Of a stretch of 64,000 bases of DNA, positions 25,592-37,375 are shown in pieces. Positions within the stretch are counted from its first letter, which is position 1, and every line of letters starts with the position of its first letter. Source of the stretch: Bacteroidota bacterium. GTDB taxonomy: Bacteria; Bacteroidota; Bacteroidia; Flavobacteriales_F; PHOS-HE28. The stretch covers positions 3,345 through 67,344 of the forward strand of contig JAFDZF010000081.1 in NCBI GenBank assembly GCA_018267055.1, given 5' to 3'. The notes beneath the pieces were generated by a model. That model worked only from the letters and a program-made list of their open reading frames with translations. It was not told the DNA's origin and ran no database searches. The translations under genes were made by a program, and so were the position numbers.

Positions 25592-27922
25592 ATGACCCGA
25601 ACCGTGATCCACCGCCTGGCCTTCGCCTGCGCCCTGGCGTTCCCCTTGTCCACCCTGGCCCAGACGGGCACCGTGCGCGGCTTCGTCTATGAGGAGGCCA
25701 CCGGCGAGCCGTCCATCTTCACCCCGGTGGGCCTGCGCGGCGCCACCACCATGGGCGCGCAGACGGACGTGAACGGCTACTTCTCCATCAGCAAGGTGCC
25801 GCCCGGCCGGTACACCCTGCGGGTGGTCTACCTGGGCTTCGACACCCTGGCGATGGAGGTGGACGTGAAGGCCGACCAGATCGTGAGCGAGAAGCTCTAC
25901 CTGAAGAAATCCTCGGTGGAGATGAAGGCGGTGGTGATCTCGGCCGAGAAGCGCGAGGCCACCAACACCGTGCGCGTGGGCATCACCAAGCTCACCCCCA
26001 AGCAGATCGAGCGCATGCCGGCCGTGGGCGGGCAGGCCGACCTGGCGCAGTACATGCAGGTGGTGCCGGGCGTGGTGTTCACGGGCGACCAGGGCGGCCA
26101 GCTCTACATCCGCGGCGGCTCGCCCATCCAGAACATGGTGCTGATGGACGGCATGGTGCTCTACAACCCCTTCCACAGCATCGGCCTGTTCAGCGTGTTC
26201 GACAACGACATCATCCGCAACGCCGACATCTACACCGGCGGCTTCAACGCGGAATACGGCGGCCGCATCAGCAGCGTGATGGACATCACCACGCGCGACG
26301 GCAACAAGCAGCGCCTCAGCGGCAAGGTGGGCGCCAGCACCTTCGCGGCCAAGGCCCTGCTCGAAGGCCCCCTCAAGCGCCAGAAGAAGCCCGGCGACGG
26401 CAGCAGCTCCTTCCTGCTCAACTTCAAGCACAGCTACCTGGACCAGACCAGCAAGAACCTGTACGAGGGCATCGTGGACTCCACCGGCCTGCCCTTCAAG
26501 TTCACCGACTTCTACGGCAAGGTGTCGCTCAACGCCGCCAACGGCAGCAAGGTGAACTTCTTCGGCTTCAACTTCACCGACGGGGTGAAGTACCGCGGGA
26601 TCAGCGACCTGTCCTGGACCAACTGGGGCGCCGGGACCAACTTCGTGCTGGTGCCCTCGGGCAGCGCGGTGCTCATCGACGGGGTGTTCGCCCTGAGCAA
26701 CTACGAGATCACCATGACCGAGTCCGGCCTGCCCCCGCGGACCAGCGGCATCAACAGCTTCAACGGCGGCCTCAACTTCAAGTACTTCATCGGCGACAAC
26801 GAGGCCCGCTACGGCTTCGAGGTCTCCGGCGTGAAGACCAAGTTCAACTACTTCAACTCCCTGGGCTATGAGCTGACCCAGAACAAGGTGAGCACCGAGC
26901 TGGCCGGCTACTTCAACTACCGCCTGAAGGTGGGCGACTGGGTGTTCGACCCCGGCATCCGCGCCCACTACTACGCCACGCCCTCGGTGTTCAGCCCCGA
27001 GCCCCGCCTGGGCATGAAGTGGAACATCACCGAGAGCTTCCGCTTCAAGGGCGCCGCCGGCCGCTACAGCCAGAACCTGATCGCCTCCAACAGCGACCGC
27101 GACGTGGTGAACCTCTTCTACGGCTTCCTCACCGCGCCCGAGGACATCCCCTCCACCATCACCACCAAGGACGGCGAGGTGCGCGACGTGAAGGACCCCA
27201 TCCAGCGCGCCAACCATTACATCGCCGGCTTCGAGGTGGACCTGCGCTCCGACCTGACGCTGAACCTGGAAGGCTACTACAAGGACTTCCGCCTGGTGAC
27301 CAACGTGAACCGGAACAAGATCTACAACGACACCCCCGAGTTCGCCGACAAGCCGGAGGAGCTGAAGAAGGACTTCGTGGTGGAGACCGGCAACGCCTAC
27401 GGTGCCGACATGCTGCTGAAGTATGAGAAGAACGGCCTCTACGTGTGGGCAGTGTACTCGCTGAACTTCGTGAACCGCTTCGACGGCCAGCAGGAATACA
27501 GCCCCATCTGGGACCGCCGCCACAACGTGAACCTGGTGGCCAGCTACACCTTCGGCAAGTTCGACAGCTGGAAGGCCAGCGCCCGCTGGAACTACGGCAG
27601 CGGCTTCCCCTTCACCCAGACCCAGGGCATGTTCGAGCAAGTGACCTTCCCCGACGGCGTGGGCACCGACATCATCGACCAGAACGGCCAGATGCGCCTG
27701 ATCTATGGCGACCTGAACAAGGGTCGCCTTCCCGCCTACCACCGCCTCGACCTGGGCCTCACCAAGACCTGGAAGCTGGACGAGCACCAGCGCGTGCAGG
27801 TGGACCTGAGCGTGAGCAACGCCTACGACCGCCAGAACATCTTCTACTACGACCGCATCCGCAACAAGCGGGTCGACCAGCTGCCCCTGCTGCCCAGCAT
27901 CGGGTTCTCGTACACGTTCTGA
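25592..27922 (+). CDS. TonB-dependent receptor with N-terminal CarboxypepD_reg-like domain
   Basis: 'GTVRGFVYEEATGEPSIF...VNGYFSISKVPPGRYTLRVVYLGF', then a plug ('DLAQYMQVVPGVV') and a 22-strand-type barrel ending '...GFSYTF'. Confidence 0.93.
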   Translation: MTRTVIHRLAFACALAFPLSTLAQTGTVRGFVYEEATGEPSIFTPVGLRGATTMGAQTDVNGYFSISKVPPGRYTLRVVYLGFDTLAMEVDVKADQIVSEKLYLKKSSVEMKAVVISAEKREATNTVRVGITKLTPKQIERMPAVGGQADLAQYMQVVPGVVFTGDQGGQLYIRGGSPIQNMVLMDGMVLYNPFHSIGLFSVFDNDIIRNADIYTGGFNAEYGGRISSVMDITTRDGNKQRLSGKVGASTFAAKALLEGPLKRQKKPGDGSSSFLLNFKHSYLDQTSKNLYEGIVDSTGLPFKFTDFYGKVSLNAANGSKVNFFGFNFTDGVKYRGISDLSWTNWGAGTNFVLVPSGSAVLIDGVFALSNYEITMTESGLPPRTSGINSFNGGLNFKYFIGDNEARYGFEVSGVKTKFNYFNSLGYELTQNKVSTELAGYFNYRLKVGDWVFDPGIRAHYYATPSVFSPEPRLGMKWNITESFRFKGAAGRYSQNLIASNSDRDVVNLFYGFLTAPEDIPSTITTKDGEVRDVKDPIQRANHYIAGFEVDLRSDLTLNLEGYYKDFRLVTNVNRNKIYNDTPEFADKPEELKKDFVVETGNAYGADMLLKYEKNGLYVWAVYSLNFVNRFDGQQEYSPIWDRRHNVNLVASYTFGKFDSWKASARWNYGSGFPFTQTQGMFEQVTFPDGVGTDIIDQNGQMRLIYGDLNKGRLPAYHRLDLGLTKTWKLDEHQRVQVDLSVSNAYDRQNIFYYDRIRNKRVDQLPLLPSIGFSYTF

Positions 27923-27977
27923 GCCAAGGCCGGTGGCCGGAGACCGATGGCCGGTGCGGAAGCCTGTGGGAAGCTGA

Positions 27978-29669
<1,692 letters not shown>

Positions 29670-29761
29670 GGCACGCGGTCAGTGCCCGGGCGGGCGTGAT
29701 GCGCGGCACGCGGGCACCCGCCCGATCGAACGATCGGCTAATCGGCTGACCGCCTGTCGGC

Positions 29762-29769
29762 TATCTTCG
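29762..29769 (+). promoter_or_regulatory. -7-type box TATCTTCG (yidC)
   Basis: 63 nt upstream of ATG 29833. The same octamer precedes dnaX and the M23 gene. Confidence 0.3.
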
Positions 29770-29832
29770 CGCCCCTCGCCCGACAACGCCCCGAAGCCAC
29801 CGCCCCGGGTGGTGCCGGGCCCACCGAACGAT

Positions 29833-31701
29833 ATGGACCGTAACAGCATCATCGGCCTCGTCCTCATCGCGGCCATCCTCATCGGCTACCAGCTCTGGAC
29901 CGCGCCCAGCCTGGAGGAACGCCAGCGTATGGCCCGCGAACAGGACAGCCTGGCCGAACTGGCCATCCAGGAGAAGGAGAAAGCCACCGAGAAGGTGCTT
30001 GCCCAGCAGCAGGCCCGCACCGCCGACAGCATCGCGCAGCTGGTGCCCGACACCGGCCGCACGGCCGACAGCCTTCGCGTGGCGAAGCTCAGCGAGCGCT
30101 TCGGCCTCTTCGCCCCCGCCTCCTCCGGCCCCACCGAGGTGATCACCCTGGAGAACAAGCACCTCCAGGTGGCCATCAACACCGCCGGCGCCAAGCCCGA
30201 CGTGATCCGCCTGAAGGAGTACAAGACCTACCACGGCCAGCCCCTGCTCCTGAACGATCCCGACAGCGGCAACTTCGAGTACAACTTCTTCCTGGGCAAC
30301 CTCAAGCTGAGCACCCGCGACCTCCATTTCACCGTGGAGAAGCGCGAGCCCACGAGCGTCCGCCTGAAGGCCCCCACCACCGACCCGACGAAGTACCTCG
30401 CCCTCACCTACCAGCTCGACAGCGCCAGCTGGTTCATGAACGTCACCGCCGAGCTGGTGGGCCTGCCCGAAGTGGACCCGCGCAACGTGATGTTCCACTG
30501 GGAAGTGCTGGGCCGCAACAACGAGAAGCACCTGCCCACCGAGCAGGGCAAGTGCGCCGTGTACTACAAGTACATGACCGACGACCGCAGCTACCTGAGC
30601 GAGCGCAGCGACGAGACGAAGAAGCTGGAGGCCCGTACCAACTGGGTGGCCTTCAAGCAGGACTTCTTCACCGTGGCCATGGTGAAGCCCGACGGGTTCG
30701 CCAGCAACGGCTCGGAGATCTCCATCGCCCTGCTCCCCGGCGATACCGCCCACACCAAGCGCTACAGCGCGAAGCTCTTCTTCGAGCAGGCCCCCTCGGC
30801 CCATGCCACCCTGCCCATGCAGCTCTACCTCGGGCCCAACCAGTACAACACGCTGCGGCAGACGAAGATCCCCGAGTTCGACCGCATCATCGACCTGGGC
30901 TGGGGCATCTTCGGCTGGATGAACCGCTTCCTGGTGATCCCCATCTTCAACTTCCTCGGGCAGTTCAACCTCAGCTACGGCATCATCATCCTGGTGCTCA
31001 CCGTGGCCATCAAGTTGCTGCTGATGCCCATCGCCTACCGCAACCAGAAGAGCAGCGCCCGCATGCGCGCCCTCAAGCCGGAGACCGAGGCCATCAACAA
31101 GAAGTTCCCCGCCGATGAGCCGCTGAAGCGCCAGCAGGCCATGATGGACCTCTACCGCAAGGCCGGTGTGAGCCCCGCGGCCGGCTGCGTGCCCATGCTC
31201 CTCCAGCTGCCCATCCTCTGGGCCATGTTCCGCTTCTTCCCCAGCAGCATCGAGCTCCGCCAGCAGCCCTTCCTCTGGGCCGACGACCTCAGCAGCTACG
31301 ACAGCATCGCCCACCTGCCCTTCAATGTCCCTCTGGGCTATGGCGACCACGTGAGCCTCTTCACCCTGCTGATGGCCGCCAGCACCATCGTGTACTCGCT
31401 GATCACCAGCAAGCAGATGCCCCAGCAGCAGGGCATGCCGAGCATGAAGCTCATGATGTACCTCTTCCCCATCATGATGCTCTTCTTCATGAACGCGCTG
31501 CCCGCCGGCCTCAGCTACTACTACCTGCTGGCCAACATCATCAGCATCCTCCAGATGACGGTGATGAGCAAGTGGTTCATCGACGAGGACAAGCTGCGCG
31601 CCGAGCTCCTGGAGAACATGCGGAAGCCGCGCAAGAAGAGCAAGTGGCAGCTACGCATGGAGGAGATCCAGAAGCAGCAACAGCAGACCCGCCGCCGCTA
31701 G
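29833..31701 (+). CDS. yidC: Membrane protein insertase YidC (long Bacteroidota-type)
   Basis: N-terminal TM, large periplasmic P1 domain, and conserved core 'ILVLTVAIKLLLMPI...KRQQAMMDLYRKAGVSP..GCVPMLLQLPIL'. Lies directly downstream of pyrG. Confidence 0.93.
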   Translation: MDRNSIIGLVLIAAILIGYQLWTAPSLEERQRMAREQDSLAELAIQEKEKATEKVLAQQQARTADSIAQLVPDTGRTADSLRVAKLSERFGLFAPASSGPTEVITLENKHLQVAINTAGAKPDVIRLKEYKTYHGQPLLLNDPDSGNFEYNFFLGNLKLSTRDLHFTVEKREPTSVRLKAPTTDPTKYLALTYQLDSASWFMNVTAELVGLPEVDPRNVMFHWEVLGRNNEKHLPTEQGKCAVYYKYMTDDRSYLSERSDETKKLEARTNWVAFKQDFFTVAMVKPDGFASNGSEISIALLPGDTAHTKRYSAKLFFEQAPSAHATLPMQLYLGPNQYNTLRQTKIPEFDRIIDLGWGIFGWMNRFLVIPIFNFLGQFNLSYGIIILVLTVAIKLLLMPIAYRNQKSSARMRALKPETEAINKKFPADEPLKRQQAMMDLYRKAGVSPAAGCVPMLLQLPILWAMFRFFPSSIELRQQPFLWADDLSSYDSIAHLPFNVPLGYGDHVSLFTLLMAASTIVYSLITSKQMPQQQGMPSMKLMMYLFPIMMLFFMNALPAGLSYYYLLANIISILQMTVMSKWFIDEDKLRAELLENMRKPRKKSKWQLRMEEIQKQQQQTRRR

Positions 31702-31786
31702 GCCTATCCGACCGCGCACCGTGTAGTGGGCACTTCGCCCCGGGTACGTGGTACGCGCTGCGCCGTCCGCCGTACGTTCACGGTCC

Positions 31787-32593
31787 ATGGGAGACCTCGG
31801 CAAGGGCCTCAACGGCTTCGGCCGCGCCTTCGGCTTCGCGTTCCGGCACCGCATGGGCTGGATGTTCCTGGTACCCATCGCGCTGTCGGCCCTCTTCGCG
31901 GTGGGCGTGTTCGCCTTCGGCTCGTGGCTGGTGGACCAGGTGGGGGCCTGGGCCGCGGGGCACCTGGGCCTTGCGGTGCAGGCGGCCGACCTGGACGGAT
32001 GGGCCGGCTTCTGGAACGACGTGAAGGCCGCGATCAACGGCGCGCGCGACCTGCTGGTCCTGATCGCCCTGAAGCTCGCCCTCTTCTACCTGCTCTCGCT
32101 CTTCGGGAAATACGTGGTGCTCATCGTGCTCTCGCCCCTGCTCGCCTATGCCAGCGAGCGCACCGAGGAGGTCCTCACCGGCGTGGCGCACCCCTTCCGC
32201 CTGGGCCGCTTCCTGAAGGACCTGGTGCGCGGGATCGGGATGGCGCTGCGCAACGGCTTCCTGGAGCTGGCGATCAACGTGGGGGTCTGGGTGGGCACCT
32301 TGCTCCTGCCGCTGGCCGCGCCCCTATCGGCGCTGGTGCTGTGGGGCGTGTCGGCCTGGTTCTACGGCTTCTCCATGTTCGACTATGTGTTCGAGCGACG
32401 GCGGCTGGGCATCGGGGCCAGCGCCCGCACGGCCCGCTCCCGCTCCGGCCTGGTGATGGGCAACGGCATCCTGTTCAGCCTGCTGATGAAGGTGCCTTTC
32501 GTGGGGCCCGTGTTCGCCCCGCTGCTGGCCGCCATCGGTGCCGTGCTGGCTTGGTACGAGGCCGAGGGAACCCCGGGCGGGCGGGCCGCGTAG
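31787..32593 (+). CDS. EI24/CysZ-family membrane protein
   Basis: Polytopic membrane protein with an EI24-like arrangement ('FLKDLVRGIGMALRNGFLEL...'). Internal ATG 31787. Confidence 0.6.
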   Translation: MGDLGKGLNGFGRAFGFAFRHRMGWMFLVPIALSALFAVGVFAFGSWLVDQVGAWAAGHLGLAVQAADLDGWAGFWNDVKAAINGARDLLVLIALKLALFYLLSLFGKYVVLIVLSPLLAYASERTEEVLTGVAHPFRLGRFLKDLVRGIGMALRNGFLELAINVGVWVGTLLLPLAAPLSALVLWGVSAWFYGFSMFDYVFERRRLGIGASARTARSRSGLVMGNGILFSLLMKVPFVGPVFAPLLAAIGAVLAWYEAEGTPGGRAA

Positions 32594-32601
32594 GAAGGCG
32601 C

Positions 32602-32958
32602 ATGCGCGCCTTGATCATCCCCGTCCTCCTCGCCTCCCTGGGCGCGTCGGCCCAGCAGAAGCCGACGGCCCCGCCCCCGCCGGAAAAGCGCGTGCAGGTG
32701 TTCGGCAGCGTCACGGACGCGGTGAGCGGGAAGCCGGTGTACGAATGCCTCGTGGAGCACTACGACCTCCAGGGCAAGCGCTGGTCGGTGACCACGGTGA
32801 ACAGCGACGGGCGCTATGCGCTCTTCCTCCCCACCGGCGTCCCCTTCGAGCTGCGGGTGACGCGCGAGAACGGCTATGCCGAGCTCGACCAGCGCGTGGA
32901 GGCCATCGCCCCCGGCACGCGCACCTATGAGCAGCCGCTGCGCCTCTCCCCCAAGTGA
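32602..32958 (+). CDS. Small secreted CarboxypepD_reg-like (beta-sandwich) protein
   Basis: Not listed separately in the track; it is the tail of artefactual ORF 31726..32958. ATG 32602 gives signal peptide 'MRALIIPVLLASLGASAQ', then 'VQVFGSVTDAVSGKPVYECLV...SDGRYALFLPTGVPFELRVT'. Confidence 0.65.
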   Translation: MRALIIPVLLASLGASAQQKPTAPPPPEKRVQVFGSVTDAVSGKPVYECLVEHYDLQGKRWSVTTVNSDGRYALFLPTGVPFELRVTRENGYAELDQRVEAIAPGTRTYEQPLRLSPK

Positions 32959-32959
32959 G

Positions 32960-33562
32960 CTAGGGTGCAACCTCGGGCGCCGGCCGCTGCCGCGCCTCCT
33001 CGATCCATGCCCGCACCGGCCGGCCATCGATGACCAGGTCCTCGATCACGCCTTCGCCCTTGCGCACGCGCACCAGTGCATAGGCTTCGCGCATCCCCAG
33101 CGTGTCCGGGCGCCAGCGCACCAGGTCCTCGGCCACATGGCCGCCGCCTTCCTCCAGGTAATAGCGGTCGAACGGAGGAGCCACATCGTGTACCGCGACG
33201 TTCGCGGTGTCGGACATCGTGTAGACAAGCCCCGTCACGCGGACGTGATCGCCCGAAGCCGGCTCCGTCATCTCGAGGTGATGCACGCGCGCGAAGCCAT
33301 CGGGGCCGTTCTCCAGGACCGCGTAGGCGTCCAGCTCGCCCTGCCCGGGCGCCCCGGCAGGAAGCGGAAAGGGCCCTTCGAAGGCCGCATAGCGGAGAAC
33401 GACGTACTCCCCGCGGAACGGGTCGGTGGGATCGATCGGCCGCAATTTGAACTTGAAGGGCACGCCTTCGCGCAGCACGCGCTCCTTGCCGGCGACCGTC
33501 CACAGCGGCACCGCCCATTGCGCCACGGCCACCAGCATGAAGAGCAGCACGGCCTTACGCAT
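32960..33562 (-). CDS. GDYXXLXY-domain protein
   Basis: Signal anchor plus 'DPFRGEYVVLRY' (variant of the eponymous GDYxxLxY motif). Overlaps the upstream DUF2157 gene by 8 nt. Confidence 0.8.
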   Translation of the reverse strand: MRKAVLLFMLVAVAQWAVPLWTVAGKERVLREGVPFKFKLRPIDPTDPFRGEYVVLRYAAFEGPFPLPAGAPGQGELDAYAVLENGPDGFARVHHLEMTEPASGDHVRVTGLVYTMSDTANVAVHDVAPPFDRYYLEEGGGHVAEDLVRWRPDTLGMREAYALVRVRKGEGVIEDLVIDGRPVRAWIEEARQRPAPEVAP

Positions 33563-34829
33563 CGCTCTTCGCCTTGCGCGCCCGCAACAGGCGCAGGTTG
33601 AGCAACAGGAAGGCCAGGCCGATGGCGATGGACAACAGGCCCTTCACCGCGAAGCCGATGTCCAGGTCGAAGAACCGCGACACGATGGTGGCGCCGAGGA
33701 GGAGCAGCCCCAGGTTCATCCGGCCCAGCGCGTTCTCGGCGATGCCCTGCCGCACCACCAGCACACCGAGGGCGAGCAGCAGCAGGTTCGCCAGGAGCAT
33801 CACCGTTCCTCCGGCCACTGGTCCGAGCAGGACCAGCGCGGCGATGACGAAGAACAGCTCGGGAAAGGGGTCGGTGCGCGGCGACCGCTTCGGCCAGGCC
33901 TTCACATAGGCGGCCAACCCCAGGGCGACCATGACCAGGAGCGGGATCCGATCATGCGGGTGCAGCCCCGCGTCCCTGCCATCGCCGCCATGCATCCACT
34001 GGCTGCCGAGCAGGTAGAGCAGCACCAGCAGGGCGCCCACGCCGATGGCCCGGAACGGCGAAAGCCGCGCCCCCGCGGACCCCAGCACGGGCATCAGGCT
34101 GTATGCCGCCGCCAGCCCCGCGATGCCGATATGGTCCCAGGGCCGGAAGTCCGACCAGAACAGCTGGCTGCCGATGGCGAAGGAGACCGCCACGAAGAAC
34201 GAGAGCCAGAAGGTGCTCACCCCGGCCGGCCGCTGCCGCACGTGCCCGAGATAGAAAGGCAGCACCGCGGCCAGCAGCGGCAGGTAGGGCCAGGGCATCG
34301 CGTCCCCGAAGCCGTCCGCCCGGGCACCCACCGCGTACGCCGTGATGAGGGCGAGGTAGAGCAGGGCTGTGCCGAACGAACGCATCACGTACACCACGCC
34401 GAGGATGAGCACCGCCCAGGTGACGAAGAAGGTGCTGAGGTCGCTGGCGAGGTGGTGGATCTGGGCCACGAGGGACAGCGCGGCGGCCACCGCGAACGAC
34501 AGGGCCAGGGCCGTCCCCTCCCGCCAGCCGGGACGATCCGCACACTTCACCAGGGCGAAGAGGCACAGCGCCTGGCCCGCCAGCAGAGGCATGAAGGCCA
34601 GGACCGTGCGGGCCATGCGCGGCAGCCGGTCCCAGTTGTGGGCCACCAGGAGGACGATGCCCGCGCCGACGAGCAGCCCGCCCAGGAGGCTGAAGAGCAC
34701 GGTGCCCCGGTCCACCCGCTGCGCCTCGCTGGGCGCATAGTGCACCCGGATACGCTCCGCCTGCTCGGGCGTGAGGAGACCCCGCTCCACCAGTTCGGGC
34801 AGGGCCTTGAGCAGCGATGGTCCCGGCAT
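33555..34829 (-). CDS. DUF2157/DUF4401-type polytopic membrane protein
   Basis: 'LVERGLLTPEQAERIRVHY' N-terminal helix followed by ~11 TM helices. This is the usual partner of GDYXXLXY proteins. Confidence 0.75.
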   Translation of the reverse strand: MPGPSLLKALPELVERGLLTPEQAERIRVHYAPSEAQRVDRGTVLFSLLGGLLVGAGIVLLVAHNWDRLPRMARTVLAFMPLLAGQALCLFALVKCADRPGWREGTALALSFAVAAALSLVAQIHHLASDLSTFFVTWAVLILGVVYVMRSFGTALLYLALITAYAVGARADGFGDAMPWPYLPLLAAVLPFYLGHVRQRPAGVSTFWLSFFVAVSFAIGSQLFWSDFRPWDHIGIAGLAAAYSLMPVLGSAGARLSPFRAIGVGALLVLLYLLGSQWMHGGDGRDAGLHPHDRIPLLVMVALGLAAYVKAWPKRSPRTDPFPELFFVIAALVLLGPVAGGTVMLLANLLLLALGVLVVRQGIAENALGRMNLGLLLLGATIVSRFFDLDIGFAVKGLLSIAIGLAFLLLNLRLLRARKAKSDA

Positions 34830-34866
34830 GAGAGGAAAGATACCGGTCGGAACAGGCCCCCCGAAC

Positions 34867-34898
34867 GAACGAGGCGGCCCGTTCGGGCCGCCTCGTTC
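34867..34898 (-). terminator. Perfect hairpin GAACGAGGCGGCCC-GTTC-GGGCCGCCTCGTTC downstream of the S46 peptidase gene
   Basis: 14-bp stem with a 4-nt loop, 19 nt after the stop at 34917. No clear T-tract. Confidence 0.6.
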
Positions 34899-34916
34899 CG
34901 GATCAGGTCCGTCGGC

Positions 34917-37220
34917 TCAGCCTTTCTTGGTGGCGGCCGCTTTGGTCACGGGTTTCACGGGGGCCAGCTTGGACGGCTCCGTGGGCAGGCCTTCCTTGAT
35001 GATCACCGGGGACGACGGCCCGACGTACGTCGGGGTCGAGGGCGCCACGGCCTCCTCCTTCGGGTGCGACACCAGGGTCATCTCGTCCACCAGGTGCTTG
35101 GCACCGGCATACTTGTCGATCACCCACAGCACATAGCGGATGTCCACGCTGATGGTGCGCTGCAGTTCGGGCTCATAGGCGATGTCGCCGCTCATGGCCT
35201 CCCAGTTGCCGTCGAAGGCGATGCCGATCAGCTCGCCGTTGCCATTGATCACCGGGCTGCCGCTGTTGCCGCCGGTGATGTCGTTCTCGCTGATGAAGCA
35301 GGTCTGCAGCTCGCCCTTCGCGTTCGCGTAGCGGCCGAAATCCTTGCCCGTGAGCAGCTCATGCTCGCGCTTGGGCACGATGAACTCCTCGTTGGTGTTG
35401 TCCTCCTTCTCCAGGATGCCCTGCGAGGTGGTGTACAGGTCGTAGTGCACCGCGTCGGCCGGCTTGTAGTCGTTCACCTGGCCGTAGGTGAGGCGCATGG
35501 TGCTGTTGGCGTTCGGGTACCACATCTTGTCGGGCTGCTGCTCGCGCATGGCCGCCACCATCAGGCGGTAGCCCTTGTCGACCTTCACCTGCGCGCCCTG
35601 GATGGCGGGGCCCAGCGCACCGCGGTACACGCCGATGCAGCTCATCATCGTCCGCATGCCCATGTCCTTGTCCAGCACCTTCGCGGTGGGCTTCTCCAGG
35701 AAAGCGTCCAGCTTCTTGCGGTCGGTGAGGATGCTCGTCTTGAACATCGCCGCGGCCCAGGCCTTGAAATCGCCCTTGTACTTCTTCTCGATCTCGGTCA
35801 TGATGTCCGGCTGCTGCGAGCGCTCCACGTCGGTGTGGATCATCTCGAACATCGCGGCGGTCACCTCCTGGTCCGTGGCCGGGTCGTAGTCCTTCCAGAA
35901 CGCGTCGGCGTTGGTCTTCACCCGCTCCACCATGGCGGCGATCTTCGCCGCGTCCTTCGGGTCGGTGTCCAGCTGGTTCTTCAGGGCGAACAGGCGGAAA
36001 CCGAAGACCACCGCCTCGCTGCCGAAGGCCGCCTCCTGCATGTAGGTGCTCGCCTTCTCGAACTGCCCGCGCTCGGCATAGCCCTGCGACAGGTCGGTGA
36101 GGAAGCTGCCGTACTTCGCCTTGCGGCCGGCATCGGCGTTCACCCAGGTGTTGAGGGCGTTCTCCTGCTCCTTCTTCTTGTCGTACACGTGCAGGCGCTT
36201 CAGGCCGCGCTGCTGGCCGATGAAGTACTTCCAGTAGTTGCTCACCTGCGCGTACTTGCTCGCGTACTTGATGCGCACGGCGTCGCTCGCGTCCATGTGC
36301 TCCTTCATCACGTCGAGCTTCTTGCCGCGGACCTTCACGCGCGAGGGCTGCTCCACGTCCAGCGCCAGCTTCACGCCCTCGCTGCTGAGGAAGCGGTCGG
36401 TGCTGCCGGGGTAGCCCATGATCATGCTGAAGTCACCCTTCTTCACGCCGTCCAGGCTCACGGGGAAGTGCCATTTCGGCTTGAAGGGCACGTTGTCCTT
36501 GCTGTATTCGGCGGGCTCGCCATCGGGGCCCATGTAGATGCGGAACATGCTGAAGTCGCCCGTGTGGCGCGGCCACATCCAGTTGTCGGTGTCGCCGCCG
36601 AACTTGCCGATGGCGCTCGGGGGCGCGCCCACCAGGCGCACGTCGGGGTAGCTCTTGTACACGAAGAGGTAGAACTCATTGCCCTCGTACATCGTCTTGA
36701 AGTCGGCCAGGACGTGCGCACCGTCCTTCACGGCCTCCTGCTCGATCCGGGCGCCGATCTCCTCGATCTTCTGCTGGCGCTCCTCCTCGCTCATCCCGTC
36801 CTTCAGCTCGGCGAGCACCTGCGCGGTCACGTCGTCGATGCGCTGGAGGAAGCTCACTTCGAAGCCGGCCGGGGCCTCCTTGTCGCGCGTCATCGCCCAG
36901 AAACCGTCGGTGAGGTAGTCGTGCTCCACGCTGCTGATGCTCTGGATGGCCTCGAAGCCGCAGTGGTGGTTGGTGAGCATCAGGCCGTCGGCGCTCACGA
37001 TCTCGCCCGAGCAGAAGCCGCCGCCCAAGCGCGCCACGGCGTCCTTGATGCCGCTGCGGTTCAGGTCGTAGATGTCCTCCGCGGTGAGCTTGAAGCCCAG
37101 CTCGCGCATCTGCGCCTCGTTCACCTGCTTCAGCTTGTTCAGCAGCCACATGCCTTCACCGGCCCGGGCCGTGGACAGCGAGAGCAGCGCCACGCCGGCC
37201 AGTACTAGGATCTTTTTCAT
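34917..37220 (-). CDS. S46-family serine dipeptidyl-peptidase (DPP7/DPP11-like)
   Basis: Signal peptide, then 'GEGMWLLNKL', 'LTNHHCG' (His) and 'GGNSGSPVINGNGELIGIAFDGNWE' (Ser). Internal ATG 37220. Confidence 0.93.
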   Translation of the reverse strand: MKKILVLAGVALLSLSTARAGEGMWLLNKLKQVNEAQMRELGFKLTAEDIYDLNRSGIKDAVARLGGGFCSGEIVSADGLMLTNHHCGFEAIQSISSVEHDYLTDGFWAMTRDKEAPAGFEVSFLQRIDDVTAQVLAELKDGMSEEERQQKIEEIGARIEQEAVKDGAHVLADFKTMYEGNEFYLFVYKSYPDVRLVGAPPSAIGKFGGDTDNWMWPRHTGDFSMFRIYMGPDGEPAEYSKDNVPFKPKWHFPVSLDGVKKGDFSMIMGYPGSTDRFLSSEGVKLALDVEQPSRVKVRGKKLDVMKEHMDASDAVRIKYASKYAQVSNYWKYFIGQQRGLKRLHVYDKKKEQENALNTWVNADAGRKAKYGSFLTDLSQGYAERGQFEKASTYMQEAAFGSEAVVFGFRLFALKNQLDTDPKDAAKIAAMVERVKTNADAFWKDYDPATDQEVTAAMFEMIHTDVERSQQPDIMTEIEKKYKGDFKAWAAAMFKTSILTDRKKLDAFLEKPTAKVLDKDMGMRTMMSCIGVYRGALGPAIQGAQVKVDKGYRLMVAAMREQQPDKMWYPNANSTMRLTYGQVNDYKPADAVHYDLYTTSQGILEKEDNTNEEFIVPKREHELLTGKDFGRYANAKGELQTCFISENDITGGNSGSPVINGNGELIGIAFDGNWEAMSGDIAYEPELQRTISVDIRYVLWVIDKYAGAKHLVDEMTLVSHPKEEAVAPSTPTYVGPSSPVIIKEGLPTEPSKLAPVKPVTKAAATKKG

Positions 37221-37282
37221 CGCTATTTCGGGGTTCGTTCCCAACACGCGGCCGTGTGTCGGCCGAGCGGACAAGGGGGTGG

Positions 37283-37290
37283 CAAATGTA
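37283..37290 (-). promoter_or_regulatory. -7-type promoter box TACATTTG (S46 peptidase)
   Basis: Perfect TAnnTTTG, 62 nt upstream of ATG 37220. Confidence 0.4.
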
Positions 37291-37375
37291 GCCGCCCGTT
37301 CCGGAAGCGGAAACCCCTGGATCCCAGGAAGGACCTACGTGAGGGATGAACGGTTCGACGGGTGAGCGAACGGCG

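Noticed and set aside
33426-37208. The longest ORF in the window (1260 aa, plus strand), spanning three annotated minus-strand genes and an intergenic gap
   Set aside because: It is antisense to the GDYXXLXY, DUF2157 and S46 peptidase genes. Its translation is dominated by H, R, G, A, V, L, E and D runs ('HRVGRLVVVHLAVGEAHGAV...'), typical of the mirror frame of GC3-rich genes where stop codons are depleted. It has no recognisable motif. The opposite-strand proteins carry clear family signatures.
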